Assembly: GCA_016178505.1 (NCBI GenBank)
Contig: JACOTG010000048.1
Span: 5,110-69,109 of the forward strand
Reading direction: 5' to 3'
Length of the DNA: 64,000 bases
Source of the DNA: Planctomycetota bacterium
GTDB taxonomy: Bacteria > Planctomycetota > JACOTG01
Shown here: piece by piece, positions 29,001-37,944 of the stretch
How the letters are laid out: each line of letters opens with the position of its first letter
How positions within the stretch are numbered: position 1 is the first letter of the stretch
Notes under the pieces: generated by a model
What the model was told of the DNA's origin: nothing
The model's database searches: none
What the model saw: the letters and a program-made list of their open reading frames with translations, nothing else
Program-made: the position numbers and the translations under genes

Positions 29001-29454
29001 CGCCGACGCGCTCGGCTATCTCTCGCGGCGGCAGGTCCTCGAAGTAGCGAAGCACGACCGCGGTGCGGTACGGCTCATCGAGGCTCATGACCGCAGTCAG
29101 CACACGGCTTTGCTCCGCGATCCGCGCGATGACGCCGTCCGTCGAAGGCTGTGCCTCTGGGCGAGCGGCGGCTTTCTCGCGCTGGCTGCGGTGCTTGTCG
29201 CTGCGGACGAACCGCCGCGCGACGTTCCGGGCCACGCCGCGGATCCACGCTCGCGAGCTTGCTTTCCGCGAATGCGGCTCGCGCAGCGCGACGAGCATCG
29301 TTTCCTGAACGACGTCGTCGGCGACGGTCTCGTCGAAAACGAGGCTTCTCGCCAGCCGTCGCACGCCATCGACGTGCGCGAGCAGAAAAGTCGGATCGAT
29401 CCGCGAAGCGTCGTCGCTCATGTCGTTCACGGAGAAGTGCCAGCGGCTCGGCAA
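26068..29454 (-). CDS. ECF sigma factor fused to a transmembrane helix and a large extracytoplasmic array of carboxypeptidase-regulatory-like domains
   Basis: N-terminal sigma regions 2 and 4 (ADDVVQETMLVAL...; REIAERVGAPVETVRTRVKRGLAMLR). Transmembrane helix (VVWIAALLLLAVLALW). More than six CarbopepD_reg-like repeats (IDGRVVDEDGRPIAGARLRI, VEGRVVDSDGRPARAEVRVV, and others). 1128 aa. Confidence 0.7.
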   Translation of the reverse strand: MPSRWHFSVNDMSDDASRIDPTFLLAHVDGVRRLARSLVFDETVADDVVQETMLVALREPHSRKASSRAWIRGVARNVARRFVRSDKHRSQREKAAARPEAQPSTDGVIARIAEQSRVLTAVMSLDEPYRTAVVLRYFEDLPPREIAERVGAPVETVRTRVKRGLAMLRVELLRRHGDDAREWRLALLPLVGLESKRTGVGAVVGGVMAMKAKVVWIAALLLLAVLALWRFAGSRDERATTIAAVTGAASTTASVLPLNASAPESPDAMATSSVPSVDPNAWRIDGRVVDEDGRPIAGARLRISSADSMGTLDGKPATLSGAEGEFEIRVPGSERVRRVVADADGYRQDSRIVVASRPRDVELRLEAARTMYFIIWDSDTGEPLAGASAETFVLRGGVVSRGLTQSDSQGRFSTPDPGNGRYWDATELRISRDGYQPLKLDMDDRFRAGASTREHPREIDLVAGEGLRVRVLDAETELPVKDANVAAWSGRERTVSVGTGRESGYVGAVSLGEATTNEDGEVVLGAPFREEPLCIVARASGRFGLAWNTSSSPVEEVRLVRTRVVRGVVVDDEDRPVAGAGVSYDLHSLLGIEVGAHLPPLTRQVEQSAETSADANGHFEFPAIPRFHTGGAFWVWSGTDDGTSGGIEVADSPDAADVTIRLVHRSSRFEIHVADDRGSPVFGALVQYLLTYPGDRTDEKGMARLDRCFRPTDFPRMLEIEAPGFAKSSVTLDCYPDEGVALGVTLQAAHVVEGRVVDSDGRPARAEVRVVRADADTALDRTANPFDPGILGTRETNEAGRFRFEDLPEGPYRVRAWNFVNPYRLQASVITAGDEPVQLQLSAPPGGHVAGQRVEGAVFDRDGKRVTRYSMWMQHANGRSLIPRTMAWHFEFENVLPGDYTMEITESTGHEVTKRPLTVRAGEDVTGIRIELSPPATLVGRLDAGDVVDLSDIEVEALDAVTRRSRGSAHTDARGRFEFMHLPAGEYVLELNAREDSRGSFQVAGARFTVTDGDRIDRTFPIKPAGRIVLVVDDERFATREVAFEQQLLDASQNSLMSNVQIFEAGSSRSQWAGSLFRGRTILRNALPVGSYRLHITVLQYPDIDIPVEIVGPRDHEVRVTLPTRTPR

Positions 29455-29647
29455 TTCGGTTCAAACAAACCGATTCAAGAGTACGCGACCGACGAACGGC
29501 GGGTCAGTAGCCCGCTGCTGGTTGAACGTCCTCCGATCGGAGCACGTCAGGTCCTTGCTGACCTTTCGCGATGGGCGGGCGAGTTCGCTCGTCGATCGGG
29601 GTCGAGTCCCGAAGGGTCTGGTGGCATCCGTCGCGAGTGCGGGTTCG

Positions 29648-31417
29648 TCACTGGATCGCGACCACGACCGCGTTGGTGACGCTGAACCCGATCGAGTTCG
29701 CCGCGCCGGCGTCTTCGATGGCGCCCTGGATCGTGAACATGCGGGCTCGTCCCGCGTTCGAACGTCGAAGGGTCCACGGCGCGGGCCCGGGCCCGACGAC
29801 GTCGATGATGCCACGACTCGCCGCGGGAGGAACGCCGCCGCGAAGGCAGGCGGCGGGTTGCGGACCGGCGCCGAGCTGGATTGGCGTCGGCGCGATCATG
29901 CAGCCGAGCGATTGGCCGCGCGCAACGAAGTCCACGGGATCCATGGGCGCCCCTCGCCAGATCCAGAGCACGTATCGTGCGGGCGTCGGTCCGGTGGGAG
30001 CCGCCGCGAGGGACACCTCGATGGGGGAGGCGGTGTCGACGGGAACGAACCGAGGATTGCCGTTCACGACGAGAACATTGACGACAGGGCCCTGCCCCGC
30101 GTTCACCGTTCCCTGGGCGCAGGACATGCGATCGTGCACGAACACATCCATGGAACCGTTCGTGTCGTTCATCACGAGGTTCGTTGCGTAGCTGATGAAC
30201 GCGACCTGCCGCCCATCGCCCGAGAGGGCGGGGAAGTAGGAATCGCCGTTCGCTTCGGTGCCTGCGGAGTCGATGCTCACGCGCTCCGTTGTCCCTGCTC
30301 GCAAGTCGCGCACGAAGACGTCTTGCAGCCCGTTGGTGTCGCCTGGGACGAGGTTCGTCGCTGTGCTCAAGAACGCCACGTACCGCCCGTCGCGGGAGAG
30401 CGACGGCGCCACGCTCACGCCGTCGCAGGTATCGCCCGACGGCGTCGTACTCACGAGAGACGTTTCACCGGTCGCCATGTCGTGCAAGAAGACGTCGGCG
30501 AGCTCGTTCGAATCGGCCGCCGTCAAGTTCGTGGCGCTGCTCGCGAACGCCACGAACCGACCGTTTGCGGAAACCGACAGCCGGTCGTTGCCGCTCGTGC
30601 CGTTCGCCTGGGCGCCGGTCGAGCTGACGCTCACGCGCGTCGTCGCGAGAATGGCGCGGTCGTAGAGAAACACGTCGTTCACGCCGTTGGTATCTCCGGC
30701 GACGAGATTGCCGGCGAGATGTTGAAACGCCACGAAGCGTCCGTCTGCCGAGATCGCGAGGAAGTTGGCGACGCCGAAGCGATCCGGCTGCGCTCCGAAG
30801 CGTCCGATGCTGACTCGCGACGTCTCGTCGGCGTCGAGGTCGCGCACGAACACGTCCGCGAATCCGTCCGTGTCCCCGACGACGAGGTTCGTTGCGGCGC
30901 TCGTGAACGCCACGAAGCGCCCGTCCGCCGAAATTGCAGCGAGGTCGCTTCGTCCGTCCGCGTCGGCGCCGTTCACTCCGACGCTGACGCAAGAGGTCTC
31001 ACCGCTGGCTCGGTCGTGGACGAACACGTCGACCACGCCGTTGCCGTCGCCGGACACGAGGTTCGACGCGTCGCTCGAGAAGGTCACGTAACGACCGTCA
31101 TCCGAAGTCGAGGCGAAGAAACTATCGCCGTTTCCCTGCCCTCCGGTCGAGTCCACGCTGACGCGCTCGGTCTGCCCCGTGAGTCGGTCGCGAAGGAACA
31201 CGTCCATGAAACCGTTCGTGTCTCCGGGGACCAGGTTCTGCGCTGCACTATGGAAGGTGACGAAGCGTCCATTGGCGGAGATCGAGGGTGCGGTGCTGAA
31301 TGCGTCGCCCTGCAGCTCCGACGCGCTGACGCTGACGCGGGTCGTGGCTTGCTGGGCGAAAGCCCAATCGACGAGGGTGAGCGTCGCAACGACGCAGATG
31401 ACTCTTGTGAAGCACAT
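29648..31417 (-). CDS. secreted beta-propeller repeat protein (TolB/PD40-like repeats)
   Basis: Start at Met64 (MCFTRVICVVATLTLVDWAFAQQ signal peptide). At least eight repeats of SxDGRFVAFxSxAxNLVxGDTNGxxDVFVxDR. Confidence 0.6.
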   Translation of the reverse strand: MCFTRVICVVATLTLVDWAFAQQATTRVSVSASELQGDAFSTAPSISANGRFVTFHSAAQNLVPGDTNGFMDVFLRDRLTGQTERVSVDSTGGQGNGDSFFASTSDDGRYVTFSSDASNLVSGDGNGVVDVFVHDRASGETSCVSVGVNGADADGRSDLAAISADGRFVAFTSAATNLVVGDTDGFADVFVRDLDADETSRVSIGRFGAQPDRFGVANFLAISADGRFVAFQHLAGNLVAGDTNGVNDVFLYDRAILATTRVSVSSTGAQANGTSGNDRLSVSANGRFVAFASSATNLTAADSNELADVFLHDMATGETSLVSTTPSGDTCDGVSVAPSLSRDGRYVAFLSTATNLVPGDTNGLQDVFVRDLRAGTTERVSIDSAGTEANGDSYFPALSGDGRQVAFISYATNLVMNDTNGSMDVFVHDRMSCAQGTVNAGQGPVVNVLVVNGNPRFVPVDTASPIEVSLAAAPTGPTPARYVLWIWRGAPMDPVDFVARGQSLGCMIAPTPIQLGAGPQPAACLRGGVPPAASRGIIDVVGPGPAPWTLRRSNAGRARMFTIQGAIEDAGAANSIGFSVTNAVVVAIQ

Positions 31418-31718
31418 CACGGTGTCTCCTCGCGCGCCTCGAGTGATGAAGCCTGCAGGCGGGCATACGACGCGGGCACGCGCGGCAAAAAACCAGGAGA
31501 GGCCTGACGAAAGCTGCCCATCGTCCCCGAGTGAGCAAATCACAGTCCTCGGCGCGACCGAGAATCCGCCCGTCGGCAGCACGGGATTATGAGGCAGATG
31601 GCTCATCAGGTGCGCCGAACACGGATCCTCGTCGGGAGAATCGACCTCGGTCTTCCGGTGGGGTTGAACGGATTACACGCCCCTTTGCCCTGCGACAGGA
31701 ACCGTGCTGGTGCGTCAG

Positions 31719-32990
31719 TCACGATCCTCGCACAGCGGTCACGACCGTGGCGTAGCAGTTGGGAAACGTGCTCTCGAGCGAATCGAGGTCTGGGAGGATC
31801 TGCGCTCTTTCGAATCCGGCGCGCTCGAGCGATCGGATCCAGTGCAACGGTGCCAGGTATGCGTGATCGGGTCGCACCTCGGGATCTCGCTGCGCGGCGG
31901 TTCGATGGTAGCGCGAGAGGTTCAGGGTCAGCTCCCGCGGCGCCATCTCGCCCACGTGTCGTCGCACGCGCTCGGCGAAGAGAATCCGCCCGCGTGGTCG
32001 GAGTGCTTCCCGGCACTCCGTCAGGAAGGCGACGACGTCGCACGCGACGTGTGCGGCGTTGACCCCGTAGATCAGATCGACGCTTGCGGGCGCCACCTTC
32101 TGGCTCGCGAAAGGCTTGTTCACGTCGAGGAACTGCCACGCACAGGCAAGCGATGGATAGAGCTTCGAGATCTCGCGTCGGGTTCCGAGGACGAACGGGA
32201 TGCTGACGTCGGTGAAGACGTATCGCTCGATGCGCTCGAGCCGCCCCGCGCGCGCGAGATCACCGAGAAGATGTCGCGTTCCATTGCCGGTGCCGCCTCC
32301 GACCTCGAGGGCGACGCCTCCGTCGAAGAGATCGCACGCCGCGTGCGCGCCCATCCTCCCATGGAGATCCTGCAGCGGATCGACGTTGGTCGCTCGATGC
32401 CAAAGGTCGGCAAACCTCGGCTCCTTTCCGGATAGCACGCGGTCGAGGAGATCGGGGTCGTCTCGCAGCGCCTCGAGGAAATGGTCGGCGCCGAATTTCA
32501 CGAAGTCGAGAGCCGACACATAGTCCTCGCCGAGAGCGACCATTTCCGCAGACAACTCGGAGATCTCATCTTCCGGATTGCACGTACTCGCATCGGCGAC
32601 GACGCGGAAATACCCGGCATCGGATCGCTCCTCGACCGCGCAATGGCCACGTTTCGCCAACCTGCGCAGCGCCGCATCGACCGCGACGTCAGCGGTTTGC
32701 TCGAGCCTGAGGAGGCTCGCGATCTCCCGCGCCGACCGGGGAGCGCGAAGGCATTCGTCGAGGTCCAGGCTTCGGAACACTCGAATGAGTTGAGCGTCGC
32801 AGTACCGCTGAACGATGCCTTCGGCGCGGACCACCTCCGGAGTAAAGAGCGCGCCGCGACACCATGCGGTGAATGCGTCGGGCGCGTCCTTCTCGCGGAT
32901 GGGCGGCAGCGCATCAACGGATCCCGCGCCGCTGCTGCCGTAAGTCGACCGGTCGACTCGGTCGTCCGATCGGTCGTCTAGAACATTCAT
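31719..32990 (-). CDS. class I SAM-dependent methyltransferase, O-methyltransferase-like with an N-terminal winged-helix/dimerisation region
   Basis: Motif I LEVGGGTGNGTRHL. Start at Met96 of the six-frame ORF (MNVLDD). Confidence 0.65.
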   Translation of the reverse strand: MNVLDDRSDDRVDRSTYGSSGAGSVDALPPIREKDAPDAFTAWCRGALFTPEVVRAEGIVQRYCDAQLIRVFRSLDLDECLRAPRSAREIASLLRLEQTADVAVDAALRRLAKRGHCAVEERSDAGYFRVVADASTCNPEDEISELSAEMVALGEDYVSALDFVKFGADHFLEALRDDPDLLDRVLSGKEPRFADLWHRATNVDPLQDLHGRMGAHAACDLFDGGVALEVGGGTGNGTRHLLGDLARAGRLERIERYVFTDVSIPFVLGTRREISKLYPSLACAWQFLDVNKPFASQKVAPASVDLIYGVNAAHVACDVVAFLTECREALRPRGRILFAERVRRHVGEMAPRELTLNLSRYHRTAAQRDPEVRPDHAYLAPLHWIRSLERAGFERAQILPDLDSLESTFPNCYATVVTAVRGS

Positions 32991-33612
32991 GGCTGGTACC
33001 CCTCCATCGACAGAATCGCGTGCACGACGCCAAGAGTCGCAAGGAGAGACGATCCGGCGCTGCAACGATGGTTCATCGGGGTCGCGGAACAGATTCGATT
33101 CACCGATCCGCGACGCTCGCGTTGTTTCTCGCAAGGGTCCGAACCGCACGCAAGCCGTGCGCGCTCCGACCGTGCATCGCGGAACGAGCGGAGCGATCGC
33201 CATGCCAACGTCGGTGCCGCTGAACGGCCCGGCCGGTGGAAGTGCTGAGATCGTCCGGCCGGGCATCGAGGACAATCCCGGCGGAGCGACTGTAGATGTA
33301 AGAATTGCGCCGCTGCAGGGCGCGAAGACCGATCGGAGCCGGTCGGCGCTCGAGCTCGCGGCGTCGAATCGTGCGCCTCACGACGAGTGCGCGTGATTCG
33401 GCTTTCTCGCCGCGCGCACTTCACACGAGTTGAGCTCGAGTGACTTCGAGGCCGCGATCCTTCGCCGTTTGCGCGACGTCGCGATCACGGCCTGGCACAC
33501 CCCTTGCTCCGTCCTTGTTGCGTCTCGCGAAGGACCGCTCACCGAGAGGTTCGAATCGTTCGGCGATCGGTTCACTGAAACGTTTGGAGTAAGTGCGAAG
33601 TAGGGAATTCCG

Positions 33613-34806
33613 ATGCAAGCAATCCTGATGCGTGGCCTGACGAACTGGTACGCACGCGTGCAGCAGATGCGGGCGCTCCGAGGCATTCATTCGGCGCGAG
33701 AACTCCATTCGATCATCGAGCGCGAGCGAGCTCGCGTCGATCGCAATTCGCACGAGTTCGCGCTCATCGTTTTCGAGTTCGCGCCGGAAGCGACCGACGA
33801 CAGGTCGCTTTCGCGATTGGCGTTCGTGCTCGCCCGACGGGTTCGGTCCACGGACGAAGTGGGATGGTTCGACGGACATCGCATCGGCGTCGTGTTGCCT
33901 TATACGTCCGCGGCAGGTGCCTGGAATCTCGCGGACGAGATCTGCGGCAAGGCCGTCGAGATCGGGAAAGTCGCGCGGCCCAAATGCACCGTCTACACCT
34001 ATCCGAACGCGGACGTGAACGGACGGAACGGAATGTCGTCACACAATCGAATGCCGGAGGTGTGGCCCGAAACGCGATCGATTACGGCGCGCAACCGGCG
34101 GCGATTCGAGACTCCCCCGGGTTACGTGGCGTTCGCGGCTGCCAGCGATTCCGTGGATCACGCACCCGCTCGACCCGTGTCGGAACTTCAGCGACTTCTC
34201 GTGCATCCGCTCCCGGGTTGGAAGCGGGTCGTCGATGTCGTCGGTGCCGCCATCGCACTGGTCGCTTTCTCGCCCTTGATGCTCGTTGTTGCCCTGCTCA
34301 TCAAGCTGACGTCGCCCGGCGCGGTCATCTTCAAGCAGAAACGCGCAAAGGAGTGCGGCGAGCCGTTCACCTTCTACAAGTTCCGCACGATGTACGCGGA
34401 CGCCGAGAAGCGAAAGCAGGAGCTGCTCAGCCAGAACGAGCAGACCGGTCCCGTCTTCAAGATGCGAAACGATCCCCGCGTGACGCCGATCGGCCGGCTG
34501 CTGCGGGAGACCAGCATCGACGAGCTGCCGCAACTGTGGAACGTGCTCAAGGGCGACATGACGCTCGTCGGTCCGCGGCCGCCGACCCTCGACGAAGTCC
34601 CGCAGTATGAACACTGGCAACGGCGCCGCCTCTCGATCACACCTGGGATCACCTGCATCTGGCAAGTCAGTGGACGGAACGAAATCGGCTTCGAAGACTG
34701 GATGAGGTTGGACATTCGATATGCCGAAGCGCGGTCGCCTCTGCTCGATCTCGCGATTCTCTCCCGGACGGTCGTTGCCGTGCTCTCGCGCAGAGGCGCC
34801 TGCTGA
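33613..34806 (+). CDS. polyprenyl-phosphate sugar-1-phosphate transferase (bacterial sugar transferase, WbaP/EpsZ-like) with an extra N-terminal regulatory-like domain
   Basis: C-terminal VIFKQKR...FYKFRTM...PRVT..G..LR..S.DELPQL..VL.G.M.LVGPRP signature of bacterial sugar transferases. About 190 aa of N-terminal extension and one transmembrane helix. Confidence 0.8.
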   Translation: MQAILMRGLTNWYARVQQMRALRGIHSARELHSIIERERARVDRNSHEFALIVFEFAPEATDDRSLSRLAFVLARRVRSTDEVGWFDGHRIGVVLPYTSAAGAWNLADEICGKAVEIGKVARPKCTVYTYPNADVNGRNGMSSHNRMPEVWPETRSITARNRRRFETPPGYVAFAAASDSVDHAPARPVSELQRLLVHPLPGWKRVVDVVGAAIALVAFSPLMLVVALLIKLTSPGAVIFKQKRAKECGEPFTFYKFRTMYADAEKRKQELLSQNEQTGPVFKMRNDPRVTPIGRLLRETSIDELPQLWNVLKGDMTLVGPRPPTLDEVPQYEHWQRRRLSITPGITCIWQVSGRNEIGFEDWMRLDIRYAEARSPLLDLAILSRTVVAVLSRRGAC

Positions 34807-34862
34807 GCCTTGGAGGAGCGCCCACGACTGAGCCCGTTCGAATCCACGAGACCGACGTCCTC

Positions 34863-36551
34863 GTGATCGGGGGTGGCGGCGCGGCCACCGCAGCCGCTCT
34901 CGCCGCGCACGAGGCGGGCTCCCGCGTTCTCCTCGCGGTGAAGGGTCGTTTCGGCGTCCCGGGCGGGCGCGGCGCCGGCGCGACCTCGAACCCGATCGCC
35001 GACTTCTGGACGATCCGTACCGTCGGCCCCAAGGGCGGGCTCTTCAACACACCGGACGCCGTTCACGCGGACATGCTCCAGACGGGGCTCGGCATGGCGG
35101 ATCCGGTCCTGTGTCGCGTCTTCGTGGACGAGATCGGCGACACTCTGCGCCGCCTCGACGACATGGGCCTGCGTTTCCGGAGCAAGATGCTTGCGACCTT
35201 GTCGGCCAACTCCGCGGCGGGAGGAACGAACGGCATCGTTGCGACACAGAAAGCGCTGATCCACGACGCCGATATCCCGGTCCTCGAGCAAGCCAACGTG
35301 GTCGACCTGATCGTGAGTGGCGGCCGGTGCGTCGGCGCCTTGGGAGTCGACGACCTGGGAGAGCCGTTCGTGATCGAGGCCGGAGCCGTCGTCCTCGCCA
35401 CCGGAGGAGTGGGCCAGCTCTTCCAGTGGAGCTTCAATCCGCCGGGGAACACGGGGGACGGTTACGCCATGGCGCTGCGGGCGGGAGCCGAGCTGTTCAA
35501 CATGGAGTTCATGCAGCAGGGTCTTGCGACGACGTGGCCGACGCAGGCGATCGTGATGCTCTACGAAGTGGACGAGCCGTACCGACTGGTGAACGCCAGT
35601 GGTCGATCGTTCGTCGAGTCGTACCTGCCGTCCGGTGTCGAACTTCGCGCCGTCACCCGTTCGAAGTCACATCATTGGCCGGTGAGCTGTCGCGACGAAT
35701 CGATCCATCTCGACCGCGCGATCAAAGCGGAGGCACTCGCCGGGCGCGCGACGGCGAACGATGCCGTTCTCCTCGACTTGTCCGCCGTGGATCGTGGGTT
35801 CGAGCCGGAGCTGTTCGTGAAGTTCATGCTGTCGAAGGGAATCGACGTCAAGCGCGACCTCGTGCACGTTCAGGTCCACCACCACACGAGCAACGGCGGC
35901 GTGCGAGTCGACGCCGACGGCGAGACGCGCGTCGCCGGTCTCTTCGCGACGGGCGAAACGATCGGTTGGCAGGGCGCCGATCGGCTCGGCGGCACGATGC
36001 TCGGCGGATCGCAGGTCTTCGGCCGGCGAGCCGGCGCGAAGGCCGCACGCGCGAGCGCGGCGCGCCCGGCCGTGACGCTCGGCGCCGCCGCCGCCGATCC
36101 GCTCATCGATCGCATTCGGTGCCTTCGAGAAGCGTCGGGTCGGGTTCGGCCCTCTGAACTCCGGCTCGGACTGCAGCGGACGCTCTGGGAAACGCTTCTC
36201 GTGGAGAAGGACGTGGAATCGCTTGCTCGCGCCCGCTCCTTCCTCGCGGAGGATCGCGATCGGCTGGAGGCGGACGTTGCGATCACGGAGCCCGGAGATC
36301 TCGTGCTCGCGCTCGAGCAGCGAAACCTCCACGATGTCGCCGAGGCGATCGTCGAGGCGGCGTCGGCTCGCACCGAGAGCCGCGGCAGCCACTATCGGAG
36401 CGATTACCCACGTCGCGACGACGCGAACTGGATGACGAACCTGTTCGCCTCGCATGTGAACGGCGAGCTTTCGTTGCGACGCGAATGGGTCGCGCGCGAG
36501 CACGGATGGACGGATCGTCCCGGCGACGTGCGGATCAAGCCCTGGGGTTGA
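34863..36551 (+). CDS. FAD-dependent oxidoreductase, fumarate reductase/succinate dehydrogenase/L-aspartate oxidase flavoprotein family
   Basis: FAD-binding GGGGAATAAALAAHEAG. RSHHWP...ESRGSHYRSDYP C-terminal motifs typical of the FRD/SDH/NadB family. The start is uncertain: the in-frame DVLVIG lies upstream of the first GTG. Confidence 0.65.
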   Translation: MIGGGGAATAAALAAHEAGSRVLLAVKGRFGVPGGRGAGATSNPIADFWTIRTVGPKGGLFNTPDAVHADMLQTGLGMADPVLCRVFVDEIGDTLRRLDDMGLRFRSKMLATLSANSAAGGTNGIVATQKALIHDADIPVLEQANVVDLIVSGGRCVGALGVDDLGEPFVIEAGAVVLATGGVGQLFQWSFNPPGNTGDGYAMALRAGAELFNMEFMQQGLATTWPTQAIVMLYEVDEPYRLVNASGRSFVESYLPSGVELRAVTRSKSHHWPVSCRDESIHLDRAIKAEALAGRATANDAVLLDLSAVDRGFEPELFVKFMLSKGIDVKRDLVHVQVHHHTSNGGVRVDADGETRVAGLFATGETIGWQGADRLGGTMLGGSQVFGRRAGAKAARASAARPAVTLGAAAADPLIDRIRCLREASGRVRPSELRLGLQRTLWETLLVEKDVESLARARSFLAEDRDRLEADVAITEPGDLVLALEQRNLHDVAEAIVEAASARTESRGSHYRSDYPRRDDANWMTNLFASHVNGELSLRREWVAREHGWTDRPGDVRIKPWG

Positions 36552-37944
36552 GGGCGGTCGCGCGGGGACTCGATGTGTCTTCCGTCTTGACGATCCTCGT
36601 GAGATCGATCGAATCGAGGATGCTTCGCGGCACGGTGTTCCTCACGATCGGTCGCTTCGGCGATAGGGCCACGGTCGCATCGACTCCCATCTTCGCGGTC
36701 CGGCCGTCGGCCGAGTCGCACGACGGATCGAGCGGCGTGCCGACGCGATCCGGCCGAACGACGACGTCTCGATCCGGTTGAACGTGGAGGCCGATCGCGT
36801 TGAGCACTTGGCGCGGATCGTTCACGTCGACTTCCGCGTCGACCACGACGACGTGCTTCACGTAGACGTCGCTGTCGAGGAGCGCGTCGATGACCCTCAT
36901 TGGTTCGGCGTCGTCGGACTTGCGCATCGCGACGAACACGGTGAGGGGCGCGGTCGTCTTCACGCGCTCGACGCCCGGCGCGGCCGCCCTCGCGGTCTTC
37001 ACGAGGTGGCGCTCCATCCCGAGGAGCGGAAGCACCAAGTGCTCGAGATGACCGCTCACGATGTCCTGGAACACGGGACTTCGTCTCGAGGTGATCGCTT
37101 GCACGTGAAGCACGGGAGTGCTCATCGGTCCCGTTGCGTACCCGGTGAATTCTCCAAAAGGCCCCTCGGAGATTCGTTCACCGGGGGGAACGACGCCTTC
37201 GAGGACGAGTTCGGCATTCGCGGGGACCTCGAGCGTCGGTTGCGTGACGCAGCGCACGACACCGAGCGGCTCACGCAGGAGGCCTCCGATCACGTCGAAC
37301 TCCTCGACGTCCGTCGCGCCCGTGAACAATGCGCCGAGCGACCACGCTGGATGAGCGCCGATGAACGCCGCAACTGGCATCGGTCGGCCGACCGCCTCGT
37401 GCTTGAGGTAAATACCGTGGAGGTGTTTGCCGTGGGCCATGTAGAGCGCCGCGAGGTCGCGGCCCGCGATCATGAGCCGGTGATAGCTGAGGTTCGTTCG
37501 GCCGGTCTCCGGGTCGCGAGCGGCGACGATCGCGGCCGTCACGTAAGGGCTCGGCGCATCGTGCTCGTGGTAGATGAGCGACGGAAACGATCCGAGGTCG
37601 ACCGCGGGACCGCGTCGAACGATCTCGTGGACCGGGCCGTCGGCCGCCAGTTCCGGTCGGATCGGGTTTTGGCAGCCATCCTCGTAGCGGCGCGAGAGCT
37701 CGTTCGGATTGCACCGGAGAGCGAGCGAAAGTCGTCCGAGCGATCCGCAAACGTTCGACACGAGCGGCATGTCGCACCCGGCGACGCGATGAAACATGAC
37801 GATCGGTGATCGATGCGCGGCTTCGAGTTTGACGACGGTCGCCGCCGTCTCGAACCGCGGACTCACTTCGTGCTCGATGTCCACCAGATCGGACGGGCGC
37901 TCGCGACGAACGTCGGCAAGGAACCCGCGAAGGTCGCGGCTCAC
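36535..37944 (-). CDS. UbiD-family (prenylated-FMN-dependent) decarboxylase
   Basis: 469 aa with family-wide similarity. GTG start overlaps the upstream stop (GTGA). Confidence 0.8.
   Translation of the reverse strand: MSRDLRGFLADVRRERPSDLVDIEHEVSPRFETAATVVKLEAAHRSPIVMFHRVAGCDMPLVSNVCGSLGRLSLALRCNPNELSRRYEDGCQNPIRPELAADGPVHEIVRRGPAVDLGSFPSLIYHEHDAPSPYVTAAIVAARDPETGRTNLSYHRLMIAGRDLAALYMAHGKHLHGIYLKHEAVGRPMPVAAFIGAHPAWSLGALFTGATDVEEFDVIGGLLREPLGVVRCVTQPTLEVPANAELVLEGVVPPGERISEGPFGEFTGYATGPMSTPVLHVQAITSRRSPVFQDIVSGHLEHLVLPLLGMERHLVKTARAAAPGVERVKTTAPLTVFVAMRKSDDAEPMRVIDALLDSDVYVKHVVVVDAEVDVNDPRQVLNAIGLHVQPDRDVVVRPDRVGTPLDPSCDSADGRTAKMGVDATVALSPKRPIVRNTVPRSILDSIDLTRIVKTEDTSSPRATALNPRA

Noticed and set aside
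32987-33424. ORFs of 135-145 aa on both strands in the 620-bp region upstream of the sugar transferase.
   Set aside because: Mutually overlapping, Arg/Ser-rich, with no RBS and no motifs. I treat the region as non-coding promoter or leader.
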